Origin: Octopus sinensis
Lineage: Eukaryota
Length of the DNA stretch: 64,000 nt
Reading direction: 5' to 3'
NCBI RefSeq assembly: GCF_006345805.1
Contig: NC_043008.1
Location: 77,562,001-77,626,000 of the forward strand
Shown here: positions 23,371 through 35,689 of the stretch, in pieces
Position numbering within the stretch: position 1 is the stretch's first letter
Layout: each line of letters starts with the position of its first letter
Translations under genes and position numbers: made by a program
The notes under the pieces: generated by a model
Told to the model about the DNA's origin: nothing
Database searches by the model: none
Seen by the model: the letters and a program-made list of their open reading frames with translations, nothing else

Positions 23371-25190
23371 GATGCAAATGCCAACTCTTAATCAATCGCG
23401 CGATCCTTAAGGACTGTCATAACAAACGCATAAATTTCACTCCTGCATGGATTAATTATAAAAAGGCCTTCGACTGCATACCACATTCATTGATCTTGAA
23501 TTTGCTGGATATCTTCAAAATTTCTCCTATGATTTCAAACTTCCTGAAACACATCATGTCAATGGGGTATACGCATCTCCATTTATACCACTCTAATATT
23601 AATATCAACTGCAGCATTTCCCGAGATTACTCACTTTCCCCTTTAATCTTCTGCATAGCCCTAATACTCTTTACCCGTTACAAGGGAATTTAACAGAAGA
23701 GGGTATGGATATAAAATTGGCAACAAGAAAATAAGTAATCTATTTTATATGGATGACTTAAAACGCTATGGCAAATACGATAATGAGCTTGAAGGACTAC
23801 TATGTACTGTGAGAGCATTCAGTGATGACATCGGGATGAAATTTAGTCTTGATAAATGTGCCAAGACCACTTTCCAAATAGGGAAACTGAAGCCCACACA
23901 TTCAGTGGAGTTGGATGTTGACACGGTTATAAAGGAACTCGAGCAGGAACAAACTTACAAATACCTTGGAATACATGAGAGATTTGGCAAGTATGAGAGA
24001 GAAGATCAGAAGGTGTGTTACAGGAAAGTTCAAAATACCTTGAAACTTCTAACGACTGGATGCTAAAGCTCGCTGAAAACCATGATAGACTTAAGAAGCT
24101 TCACATTTTAAGGAGGAATTCCAAAAATATAAAGTGAATTTATGCATAATACCCAGGTTCAACAGCATAATGGAAGTGCAGCAACTGTAGTTGCAAAGAA
24201 GGTGAAATCAATAGCAAAGCAAAATGCACTTGAACAATTGGCTGATAGATGGGAACAAAATACTTTCCATGGCAAATATGTGACGCGCAGCAAACACGCT
24301 GATGTAGATCAGAAGCCCAATCATCAGTGGTTACGGAGCTCAAGACTAAAGTCAGAGAGTGAAGTCTTTATCTTGGCTGCCCAAGATCAGAACTTACTGA
24401 CCTGGAGCTATGAAGCCAATGTGATGAAAAATGGTGTAGACCCAAAGTGCCGATACTGCACCGATGGGATAGAAACAGTGGACCACCTTACTCTGGATGT
24501 AACGCTTTAGCACCTGTAGAGTACAAATCAAGACATGACAGAGTTTGGATAATGTGTCGGCATTATAAAATCAAATCTGCTGAGAAATTGTACAAGCACC
24601 ACCCTGAGGCTGTAACTGAGGGAGAAATTGTAAATATTCTTAGGGACTTCCCAATTTAACCAGATATTGTTGTGAAACACCAAAACAATAAAGTCTGTTT
24701 ATTGATTGACTGGAGTATACCCTGTGACCATAACATCTCGGCAAAAAATTTGATGAGCTCAGAAAATATAGATTTGATAATCGAAATCGAAAAGATGTGG
24801 CATCTCAAGACGGTTACAATCACTGGTATTGTAACCAGTGATTGTAGGTGTACTTGGAATGATCAAAAAAGGAACTGAAAATTATTTAATAATGATCCCT
24901 GGCTTACCATTCATACAGTAATTGCAAAAGATTGTTTTAACTGATGCGTCACACGTATTGAGAAGAGCATTATCGCTGTGAATTTTCTTTCCTCCACCTT
25001 CATTTTGTTTGTTTGGTTATTATTTTTTCCTTTTTTCTCTCTGTTTTCACCTTTTTCTCTATCACATGACTTTGTAAACGAACAATCTGGTGCGTTTGTT
25101 TGAATGGCCTACCAATGTATACAGTACGTTTCTCTGCCCTAGGTGTTAGGAAGATACTCGGCAAGAAATGGAAACGGAAATGAAAAAAAA
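23369..25190 (+). mobile_element. 5'-truncated decayed R4/Dong-like LINE (family C)
   Basis: LLINRAIL...WINYKKAFDCIPH, FYMDDLKRYG, FSLDKCAK, YKYLGI, CRYCTDGIETVDHL, QKIVLTDASHVLRRALSL*; ends in (TAA)n 25196-25276. Confidence 0.88.
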
Positions 25191-25193
25191 AGC

Positions 25194-25234
<41 letters not shown>

Positions 25235-25276
25235 TAATAATAATAATAAAATAATAATAATAATAATAATAATAAT

Positions 25277-25553
25277 GATATGTGAAATATCAGGAACTAG
25301 CCTTAGAACTGAGGAGACTATGGGAGATCAAGACAATTTTTTCTGTAGTTATTGGTGCACTTGGCACAACACCCAAAATGCTACCTAATAGACTGGAAGA
25401 GAGTGGAATTGAAACTAACTTTGCCAACCTGCAGAAAAATACCATCCCATATTGTGCAAGAATCCCCAGAAAGATTCTTGAGATTTGAGGAGACTTTTTG
25501 TCACCAGACCTTAAGATAAAGTATCTGCTAATTAAATTAGCATGCACTCGCCT
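25277..25553 (+). mobile_element. 3' fragment of an R4/Dong-like LINE (family D)
   Basis: KYQELALELRRLWEIKTIFSVVIGALGTTPK...LQKNTIPYCARIPRKILEI*; followed by degenerate taataatgataat. Confidence 0.8.
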
Positions 25554-26960
25554 AATAATGATAATCATGATCAAAGATATCGTTAAAGAAATACGACCAT
25601 TGTATATGTAATCTGTTGTATTATAATAACGTTATACTATACACAAAGCAAATATCATTTTGTCATACATTTTGTTAGATCAACAAAAACAACGACGAAG
25701 CAATAAAGGCTGGAATTTGGAATCAATCGATTTCATTTTCTTTTTCTACTTTCAAAGTTTAAATTCCCCGTAAAGTGACTTTAACCATTTATCCCTGTTG
25801 GACATTTGTTTCAAATAAATAATAGGCAACTATTCGGTCACCTATATTTTTTGATTACATATATTTGACCTTGTAACATAGGACAAAAGAAGAATCCTGT
25901 ATTAGATCATGGCTGTGTGTCATAGTAACAAATATTGTATCACACTTGCCCCGCACCCATCCACCTTGGCCAGATTAATAGAAAATCTGGCGGTGTTTGA
26001 CAAATCAGTTGACACTTTCAAGCGAAGTTTGTTTCTATTTTCTTTACCTCAATGATGCCGGTGACATTTATTAGAAGTTCCCTTATAGAACTATATTCAT
26101 AAAAATGTATAGAACTATACTGTCGCCCTCTAATTTGAAAAACAAACACTCATAACTCTTTTCTTTTAAAACGTCATTGCATGAGATTGATGCCACAAAA
26201 TTCCTCGAATTGAGTTCTATAATCTAAGCTTAATTAAAACATAGTTTGTTTTTAAAATAAAAAGTTTAATTATACTTAAATCCAATTTTTTGCCTTACTT
26301 ATATTTACCTTACAACTTTTTTGATACAAACTTTTGTTGCATGGGACGAAAACTATGATATTCCTCATGCTTTCCTTCTATCATTGAAGCTAAGATAAAT
26401 CTGTTTTACTTTAAAATAAAAAAAAGTATTATAGATCTAAACTTGATTGGAGAAGTTACTTACTCTCCTATAATGTTGCTTCAAATTTTGATCTAAACTC
26501 TCATTTTTTAATGCTAAAATGTAGCTAGGGACCAGTCCGCTTCAAAAATGTTTACAGTTTTCAGTTTTGTTAAGAACTGAATTTGCCCTGAAAGATGCTG
26601 CGTGTGATTAAATTGCGGCCTTAAGAATATTATTCAACTACTACCGTAGTTAAAGCTTATATGTTTACGTGACTAGGCTTAAGTACATTCATTACATATT
26701 AAAGGAAGAATACATGTAAAAAGAGAAGGTCTGTCACAGGGAATCGCATGACAAGAAACTTATTTTTACTATCTGACACGATAAGTTGCTATATACACAA
26801 ATTGGTATATACTATTTATTTTAACGAATAAAATATTCGAATAAACCGACCGTTTCAAAGCAATCAACAGTTTTAATGATATAGATATAATTGGCTTGCA
26901 CCCTCCCCCACAATTGCTGGCCTTGTGCCAAAACGTGAAACCAATAATTGTGTGTGTTGA

Positions 26961-26991
<31 letters not shown>

Positions 26992-28254
26992 TACAGAGAC
27001 AGAGAGACAAAGGGGTAGGGGAGAGAGAGGTGCACGTCTGCTTTAATTCATCAGAATTTGTTAGAATGGTGCAGTTACATCATTTGACTTTGAAATAGCA
27101 GTATTTCTTGTCGGGAATCATGTTAACCATCAATCTTAAAAATTATAAAGTATACTAATACTCTGTGTCAATTCTTTTCTTGTTTTTTGCTGTAGAGGGG
27201 TATATTGCCAATATGGTCTACAATGAAGTTGATTTAATGTAATACAAAAGTCATGAAGTCCGTTTAGAAAGTTGATATGGGAGTGTGGTATTCATACCTT
27301 TGCCAGCGACAACGCGATGAAAAGGGGTAGAAACAAATGTGACCTCAATATCAAGCGTAAAATCTAGGATTTTTGGAGATAGAACATGGCGTGAAATAGT
27401 GTGTACATATAATAGCTAACTGTCATGTGATTAAGCACCTGGTCGTTCTTCGTGTCATTTACCGATAATTGTAGGGAGTTTGTAAAACAGGAAGATATAT
27501 ATTTTATTGTAACACCGGTATTAAGTCTTTTGAAAACTAGAATCCTTTTTTTAATATTTAGTGTTGAGCCGTCAGTGTGTAGCTGGAGGCGATCGGAGTC
27601 AGTGAGCCGCTTCCAATGCGTGATGGAGACTAGTTCACATGATAAAAGCTGCCAATTTACATAAAAGATGAACATCATAGAATCTCTGCAATCATACAAA
27701 CCTTTGACATTGTGTTCTAATCAGAAATCATTATGATCAGAAGTAAAGAAAAGATAAAATCAACCGTGGAAGTTGGGAAATATATATTTTTAAAACGGAT
27801 TCATGTGAACAAAAATTTCAAAGCCTAAAACGATTTCCATTTTTAAATAATTCATACAAGAGGAATGATAAAATAAATAAAATATTGCAGTGTAATGTTA
27901 TTGACACAAGTCTAAGGTTCTATTTTAACTAAACATTGTTGAATTAAGTAGACAAGTCACTCTCCCAAAAATGAACACACCCTTAAAAATCAACGCGTCT
28001 TTTGACACACTTCTATCTGTTGTGATTAATTTGAACATTGGAGGTAGTCAGCGGGTCATATTCTTTATTTACATGTTGTGCTTTCTCATTAATTTTTATA
28101 TAACGTTCAGGTGATATTTTCCAATTTAGAACAAATACATTTGGGTAAAAATAAAACTAGGAATTTATATATATATATATGTTTACATTTTGAATAGATA
28201 AAAGGTGTTTTTTCTAATTTTTATATATGTATGTACGTATGTATGTATGTATAT

Positions 28255-28378
28255 ATAATATGACAATAAAAGAATGAATGAGCCCTCGATATTATGTAAA
28301 TAGAGGAATTTATCTATAAATATAATATAGGACAATCAGTAAGTTGTCATAATAAAACTCAGGACATCTCATCAGTTA
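28255..28378 (-). repeat. Repeat family H2 arm (hammerhead remnant, stem II deleted)
   Basis: Shares tattatgtaaatagagga(a)atttatctataaa with 13468-13500; minus strand reads ataa-ctgatga-gatgtc-ctgagttttattatgac. Confidence 0.65.
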
Positions 28379-28499
28379 TACTCACATACGTGTACATATA
28401 TACACACACAAATATATATATACATGTAAACATACACACACATGTGTATAGATATGTGTGTTTGCATATATGGACACGTGTGTGTGTGAGTATATATAT

Positions 28500-28533
<34 letters not shown>

Positions 28534-28857
28534 GTTGTGGGAGTTGCAGCTGGGAGTTGTGGCGTTTTCCTGTAAACCAGCTACTCGGAAGATTGGTTGA
28601 TTGGCCGGTTTGAGGATGGGAGTCCTGGTAGTCGGTATTCTATGGCGATCGGGTATCCCCGCTAAGCTCGGCATCTATATGGTGCTGGAGAGGGAGCTCA
28701 TAGGGACCAAGTTGTCTAAGGAGGGTCGCTTCGTCCCAGGGCGGAAACGCAGCAGGCAAAAGACTCTGTGTCGAGCAGTATTGGGATCGCGCCTGTGAAT
28801 AGTCGTCGGCTGGCAGCCTGTTCGATACAACTGAACACCAATCTAATTTTTAAAATA

Positions 28858-29255
28858 GGCCTAGGAGTGGCTGTGTGGTAAGTAGCTTGCTTACGAACCA
28901 CATGGTTCCGGGTTCAGTCTCACTGCGTGACACCTTGGGCAAGTGTCTTCTACTATAGTCTCGGGCCGACTTGTGAGTGGATTTGGTAGACGGAAGCTGA
29001 AAGCCCGTCGTATATATGTTTATATATGTATATGCATGTGTGTGTATATATTTGTGTGTCTGTGTTTGTCCCCCGAACATCGCTTGAAAACCGATGCTGG
29101 TGTGTTTACATCCCCGTAATTTAGAGGTCCGGCAAAAAAGAACGATAGAATAAGTACTAGGCTTACAAAGAATAAGTCCTGGGGTCAATTTGCTCGACTA
29201 AAGGCGGCAGTGCTCCAGCATGGCCACAGTCAAATGACTGAAACAAGTAAAAGAG
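28858..29255 (+). mobile_element. tRNA-derived SINE (family S1)
   Basis: ggagtggctgtgtggtaag...ggttccgggttcagtc...accttgggcaagtgtcttctac head; internal microsatellite; gatagaataagtac...ctggggtcaat body; cagtcaaatgactgaaacaagtaaaaga tail. Homologous to 49148, 50020 and 62577. Confidence 0.85.
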
Positions 29256-29394
29256 TAATACACACACACACACAGACACACACACACACATGTCTGCGTA
29301 CGTGTATGTATATGTATGTACATGTGTGCATATGCAGATTCTATGAACGAAGTTTTACTTTCCACATGCATATTGGAGTAGCTTCCCTTTATTC

Positions 29395-29505
29395 AACGGT
29401 TTTTTTCATACCGTTTTTGTCTTAATAACTGATGAGATGCCGGAGCAGGCTTCAGCCCCGACATCTGAATCTCTGAGTTTCATTATGACAAGTAACTGAT
29501 TGCCC
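29395..29505 (+). repeat. Repeat family H2 arm with a hammerhead-like motif (29419-29489)
   Basis: Stem I gtcttaataa/tcattatgac; core CTGATGA 29429-35; stem II gatgccgg/ccgacatc; gaat (GAAA variant); ctc-t-gag; ends at (TA)n. Inverted partner of 28255-28378. Confidence 0.65.
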
Positions 29506-31579
29506 TATATATATATATATTGCAGTTTTAGATTATTGATTAATTACCTATTTTCTATGATTTACTAATTATATTTAGAACGGCAGAACGCTACCACACT
29601 TCTATTTCCTGGAGCACATAAATCTGAATATGTGAGCTATTTATGGACATAGATATACTGTAGCGCGATCTCATGTTCTCGCCATTTTTTTAGTTAGTTC
29701 TCACGCTACACTCGACCACCCGCTTTCAAAACTACATTCCGACCCTTAAACACAAGCAACCATCAGTACCTCTGAGTTACTCCAATGTTTTTATTTTTAC
29801 CTCTATGCTTCATTATAAATATAGACATATTTGCCGTTATTATTTCAAGAAACATGTGGTTTTTATTAATTGAAATGTTTTCATGTTTGAAGCATATTAG
29901 AGAGATTTTAACATTATATTTAGACAGTGTCAACTCAATACGAAAATTTTTCTTCTCGCTGTCATCGTAAGTGAAGCATACAATTTATGCAACCTACAAA
30001 CTCGAAATATGTTAATCGTTATATTTTCTTTGTTTAATTTGTAACTATAACAGCCAGTCATTAGCATGCTAGCATCCTCGAATGAGTTAATGGCTTATAT
30101 CATCATCACCGCTCCGTAATCTTGCCAAAATCGATTAAAAACTATAGCTCTTTTCTCCTAGCTATAGCTAGATACCATGAGAAATTTTAATTGCTCTTTT
30201 ATCTTGAAATACTAATCTAAAGCTTTCCATGGTTGTGAAGAAAAAGACAAACAACATGTGTTTGTTGATCTTTGAAACAATATAGAAAGAGAAAATAAAT
30301 AGTGTTTCAACGATATGATAGTAATAACTATAGTGTTGACTAATGTTCTTTCCCATATGCAGGAAGTATACATTAGGGTTTTGCATGTTCTAACGAACAT
30401 GCAAAACCCTAATGTATACGTCGTGTATTCGTTTCGTAGTCTTTCAGTCGTAGCAAGGCTGTGCGTCTTCATGAAGACACCGAAAACGTAATGGATGCTG
30501 TCATAGTTGCAGTAGTGAGAAGTATAAATGGCAAGAATTTAAATAAGTTAACATTGCTTTTATTTAATGTTACAACATAGAACAATAGCTTCCAGTTGTT
30601 GTCCTATAAAGATTAGAAGTTTTGTTGTCATTCGTGTGGGCTGCTGTAGTCACTTGTAGGTTCCTGCTATGTGGCGTAAAAACGAAGGTTGTTGAGTAGA
30701 GAGCGCGAGGGATGTGCGTTACCTCGGAGACAGCGAGTAAAAAGCGAAAGACATCTTTCCTCTCTGACAGTGATGGGTAAATAAGACAGTGATGTACTTT
30801 TACTGAGTAAAAGATAAAGGCATGTCAACTTTGCCAAATGCCGTGTAAAAGAGGAATGTACTCCTATTGAGTAAAAGAGGAAGAATTCTATTTAGTGTCC
30901 TGTAATTGTAACAACTTCCTAGTTGAAGTACTAGATCGAGAGAAGAAAATATTTGTGGGTTATCTCGTCTGGACTGTTGATGACCCAAGAATGTCAAGAA
31001 GTTAAGAGATGACTTGTAAATTTCGAATTGCATTTTGGCAAAACGAAGGAAAGAAACATTTAAACTACGGTTTCAATTTCCGGTTGAAAGTCCAGGAACT
31101 AAACGTTTTCTATTTATTATAATTTAGCACTTATTGTTGGGACTCTACAAAATGAAGAAAATAGCAGCAGATACGGCAGTGCGATTTAACTTCATAACGA
31201 CAAAGTTTTGGGCCATTCCACTATGTGATCCAGTTGACGGAATCTATGTAGAAGCCAGCGAGGACACTTCTTATTTTTAAGTTGTATGCCTTATTCATTG
31301 TTTGGTTTAATAATACTATCCGGCCTCTGGATCCCTTAAATGACCTCCACTGTTGTAATTAAGTCAGGTCTGAAGTGTGAGGATAAGTTCTGTTTTTCTC
31401 TCCCCATTCTCGGAGGTCCTCAAAAAGGGATGTGACTATGTCACAAAGAAAGCAGCAGATTCACTTGACAAAAATTTTACTTGGAATGAAATTTGGTAAT
31501 TAAGGTTAATTAGAATATTAATACACAATGAGTGATTACATAAATCTCTCCATTGCAGTATTGAAATCTCATATAATTA

Positions 31580-33893
31580 CACTGGTCAACAAGAATTTTT
31601 TCAAGTATATGTTAAGGTGTACTTAGTGTAATTTTTAATGCTGACTTTAAATATACAATTAGTTTTTTGACAGCACGTACAGTTTTCAAGAAGAGAAAGT
31701 TTTTTGGTTTTAGCTCATACATTATATAGAAATTCCAATTAATGACGTGCACGCATGTATTTCATTCGCATCATGGAAACATACCTTTAAATTAAACTAC
31801 ATTATTCATTGCTGCATAGTTTAGATGCAATATTTCATTATCTTAAATTAACCAATCAAGTTTCGTCTGATGAAATAGGTATTTCTATATCTCAAATTGG
31901 TCTGATTAAATATTACATCTTAAAGTCAATATACGTATAACCGTTCGTATCTATTTCCTTACTTATTTTACAGTGTTAACAATGTCAAGGCAGTGTAGAC
32001 ATCGTCCTGATATGTTTTGTTATGTCTGTGGACAATTTATTGTGAAAGCTCAAAAACGTACAATAACACCAGAGATCAAGAAGATTTTGAGCTATACTTT
32101 GACTGTCCTCTTGGAGATCAGGACAAGTTAGGGGCACCGCATTTTATCTGCTTACGTGACTGGTTCAATAAGAGGAAGTGCACGCCTTTTATTATTCCAA
32201 TGATACGGAGGGAGCCGAAATACTATTTTAATGACTGCTATTTTTGAAAAGTAAATGTCACAGGATTTTCTATGAAGAATAAGCACAAAATTGTATATCT
32301 CAATTTGGATTCTGCAATGCGACCTGTGCATCACAAAGGAAGTCTACCAATTCCAGTTCCACCAGATGATAGTATTAAAACATTAGATGATGATGCTGAC
32401 TGTCACAATAGTGCTGTTGAGGAAGATTACATGGTTGATAGCGATAGGTCTGAACCTCAAAGATTCTCCCAAGCTGAACTAAATGACCTTGTCAGAGACC
32501 TGTCCCTCTCTAAAGATAAAGTAGAACTGTTGGCATCAAGACTGAAGAAGTATCTGCTAGAGCACGTTGTTCGCATCACTTATTTTCGACAGAGAAATGT
32601 GGTTCTACATACGCGTTTTTCTGTTGAAGGCTCGCTTTGTTTTTGCAGTAACATCGATGAAGGTTTCAAATGTTTATCAAAAAATCATGATCCTGTAGAG
32701 TGGCGTTTGTTTATTGACTATTGAAAACGAAATTTAAAAGCTGTGCTTCTCCATAATGGTAATTTGAAACCCTCCTTTCCTATTGCACACTCCGTTCATC
32801 TTCATGAATCATATGAGAATATGGAACTTTTACTTCATGCCATTGTCTATGAAAGATACTCACGGAAAGTATATGGAGATTTGAAAGTCATTGGAATGTT
32901 AATGGGAATGCAGTCAGGTTTTACAAAATACTGTTGTTTCTTGTGTCTATGAGATAGTCGGGCAACTGACAGACATTATTCAAAATCAAACTGGAAGACA
33001 AGAATATCATACCAGCCAGGAATGTCTAGCATCAACAATAAAACCTCTTGTAGATCCATTTAATGTCCCATTGCCTCCTTTGTATAGAAAGCTTGGATTG
33101 AAAGACATTGGGGAAGAGAAATGCCAGAGGTTTTGAGTATATTGTAGAAAAGTTTCTCAAAATTACACAGGTGAAGTTGAAAGAGGGCATCTTTGTCGGA
33201 CCCCAAATTAGAGAAGTACGCAAAGATGTCAACTTCAAGACAATACTGGATGAACTGGAACTGCCTGCCTGGAATACTTTCAGTTGGATCTGTGAGAAAA
33301 TCTTGGTCAACAAGAAGGAAATGGACTACAAGGATTGCATCAAGAATCTTCTGGAATGTTATTCAGCAATGGGTTGTCGCATGTAATTGATAGTTCCCTT
33401 CTTGGACGCCCATCTGGATTTCTTCACAGATAAATTTGGAGCAGTGTCTGGTGAACATGGTGAAAGATTTCACCCGGATATTAGTGCTATGGAGAAACGG
33501 TACCAAGGCGTCTAGAATGACAGCATGCTGGCTAACTACTGCTGGACACTTTACTATGATCAATCAGATCAGGAACGCCACAGGAAATCCAAATCACAAT
33601 GTTTCTAACTCTGTTGTTCTAACTTTGTTTCGTCAGACCCACTTTTTGTCTATTCACTCTTTGAGAATGATAGTGATGATTTTTAAATCAATAAACTCCT
33701 TTGCTTTCTAAAAATATGTCCTTATTTATGATTTCATATATACAAATATGTAATTATTTGCATGTATCTCCTGAAAAACTGATACTTGCTGCATACAAAC
33801 GGATTGAAATTTTGAAATCAGCATGAAAAATTAGTCAAAAAAGTTGGTTTGCACTCATAATAAGTATAATACATTTAATTTTGTTGGCCAGTG
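31580..33893 (+). mobile_element. Chapaev3-like (CMC superfamily) DNA transposon with decayed transposase
   Basis: TIRs cactggtcaacaa / ttgttggccagtg; TTA on both flanks (31577-79, 33894-96). Remnants LGDQDKLGAPHFIC...PFIIPMIRREP...NDCYF, KNKHKIVYLNLDSAMRPVHH, ELNDLVRDLSLSK, WRLFID, GDLKVIGMLMGMQSGFTKYCCFLCL, EHGERFHPDISAMEKRYQG...MLANYCW. Family name from recall of Chapaev3 features. Confidence 0.85.
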
Positions 33894-35243
33894 TTATTGA
33901 TACATAAAACATTCTTATATTTTAAATGATTTACCAATAAAAAGACTTTTAGATTCTTATACTACTTTTTGTGGAAGACTCACAGATGTAATGGAAATGT
34001 TGTCTGGCTGTTCTGTATTCACCATATCAATTTACTTTCCCCGATATGTTAATCCTGTAAAGTTCAGTTGAAGAAGTAGAACAAATATCCTTTATCACAT
34101 AAATGGAATATTATTCTGGAGATACAAAAACGTAATATCAACATCACAGAAACTTGGGGCTGTGTATTAAAGTGATCATCTCTGCATTCGTTTTAAATTC
34201 CATCTAGTCATGATTGTTATTTACTTGACATTATAATAAACAAAATACTAGTAACATACATAAGTCAACACAACTTATTCTTCCTTTCTCGTACCAAAGC
34301 AAAGAAATCGCAACTTTACATTTCATTTGAGACGCTAGCTCGTGAAGAAGGGGCTGTATAATGCTAATGAAGCGTATAATGATATGATGAAATTTAAACG
34401 ATCCCTTCAAAACCTAGCCAGTGACCTACTAAGGATCACGTTATCAAACTGTTGTACATTTGATTTACCGTTCATGTTGGTAGCTGTGTCAATGAGAAAG
34501 TAGATTACAAGTGTAATAATCTTGTTAAGTAATCCATAGTCACTGGCATCTCCTTATCCTTCTCATTACTATGTCTTCCACTTCATTACTGCTATTTCTA
34601 AAACCACTTAGTCTGACAGAGCTATTTAAATTAACACCAGACAAATATCGTACTCACTAAATCCTGTTTCAATGTAATTCTGTACGTCTGCTAAGCAACC
34701 CTTCCACTTGGTCAAGACCTGTTTTACATCAACAACAATATATTTACGTATTGATAACCGAATACACAGAGAAATACTGAAATAAAGCCTCTTCCAGTGT
34801 ACGAAAAGTAAATATCAGAATTTGGTTGAAAGTAAAAAAGTAACAAAGAGAAAGAAAGAAAGAAAGAAAGAAAAAAAAAAGAAAGAAGGAATAATGTTCT
34901 CATGAAATGAAGACACTTGACACCATTACAACGTGCTTCAGCAAGCTGGCTACCTACGCAATACCAATGTTGTCAATGGTGGCGGTGACGCTCATGATGG
35001 GAAATTACATATCCCCAACTCCGCCTCCTTGACACACATACACACAACCGTGCACGCGCGCGCACACACGAACAAACACACACACACATATATATAAAAG
35101 AATTAAAATAAAAGCTCAAATTAGGCAATCAACTTTTATTTTAATTTACGCATATATAGTCATAAATTCAATTTAGAATATATATGTATATATATCAACA
35201 CATTTCGACATGCAAAATATAAAATATATAGGAGTGTTTTTTA

Positions 35244-35278
<35 letters not shown>

Positions 35279-35689
35279 GTAAATAGAATACACGGGGGAC
35301 GTATGTGGAAAAAGTGAGGAAAAGTGAACTAGTAAAACTTTTTTTCAATACTAAAATTAAAAGCGGTTAAGAGTGTCTAAAAATCCAATTACTGTATTCA
35401 TAAAGTTCAATGCGTTTAAAAAAGAATAGATATATAACTAATATACAATGCAACCAGAGGAAAAGTATTTTCTACGCCCGTTTTCAGAATCATGTCCCTA
35501 CAAAGAGAGACAAGAACAGACAAAGTGTGTGTGTGTGGGGGGGGGGGAACAAACGAATGGAAAAGATGGTTATGAATGAATGATGGTAATGAAAAATGGA
35601 ATGAAGGCCACTCAATCCCACATTCAGAGTGACCTCATTTAGACTTTTTAAACTGTTTATAAAACCATTAACTCATAAAATCATCATCA

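Noticed and set aside
30455-30500. gcgtc-ttcatga-agacacc-gaaaacgt as a hammerhead
   Set aside because: Two core mismatches and no convincing stem II.
34660-34720. Similarity of LADVQNYIETGF to the NSMCE2 N-terminus
   Set aside because: Twelve-residue resemblance only; downstream candidate exons do not continue the match, so no gene symbol assigned.
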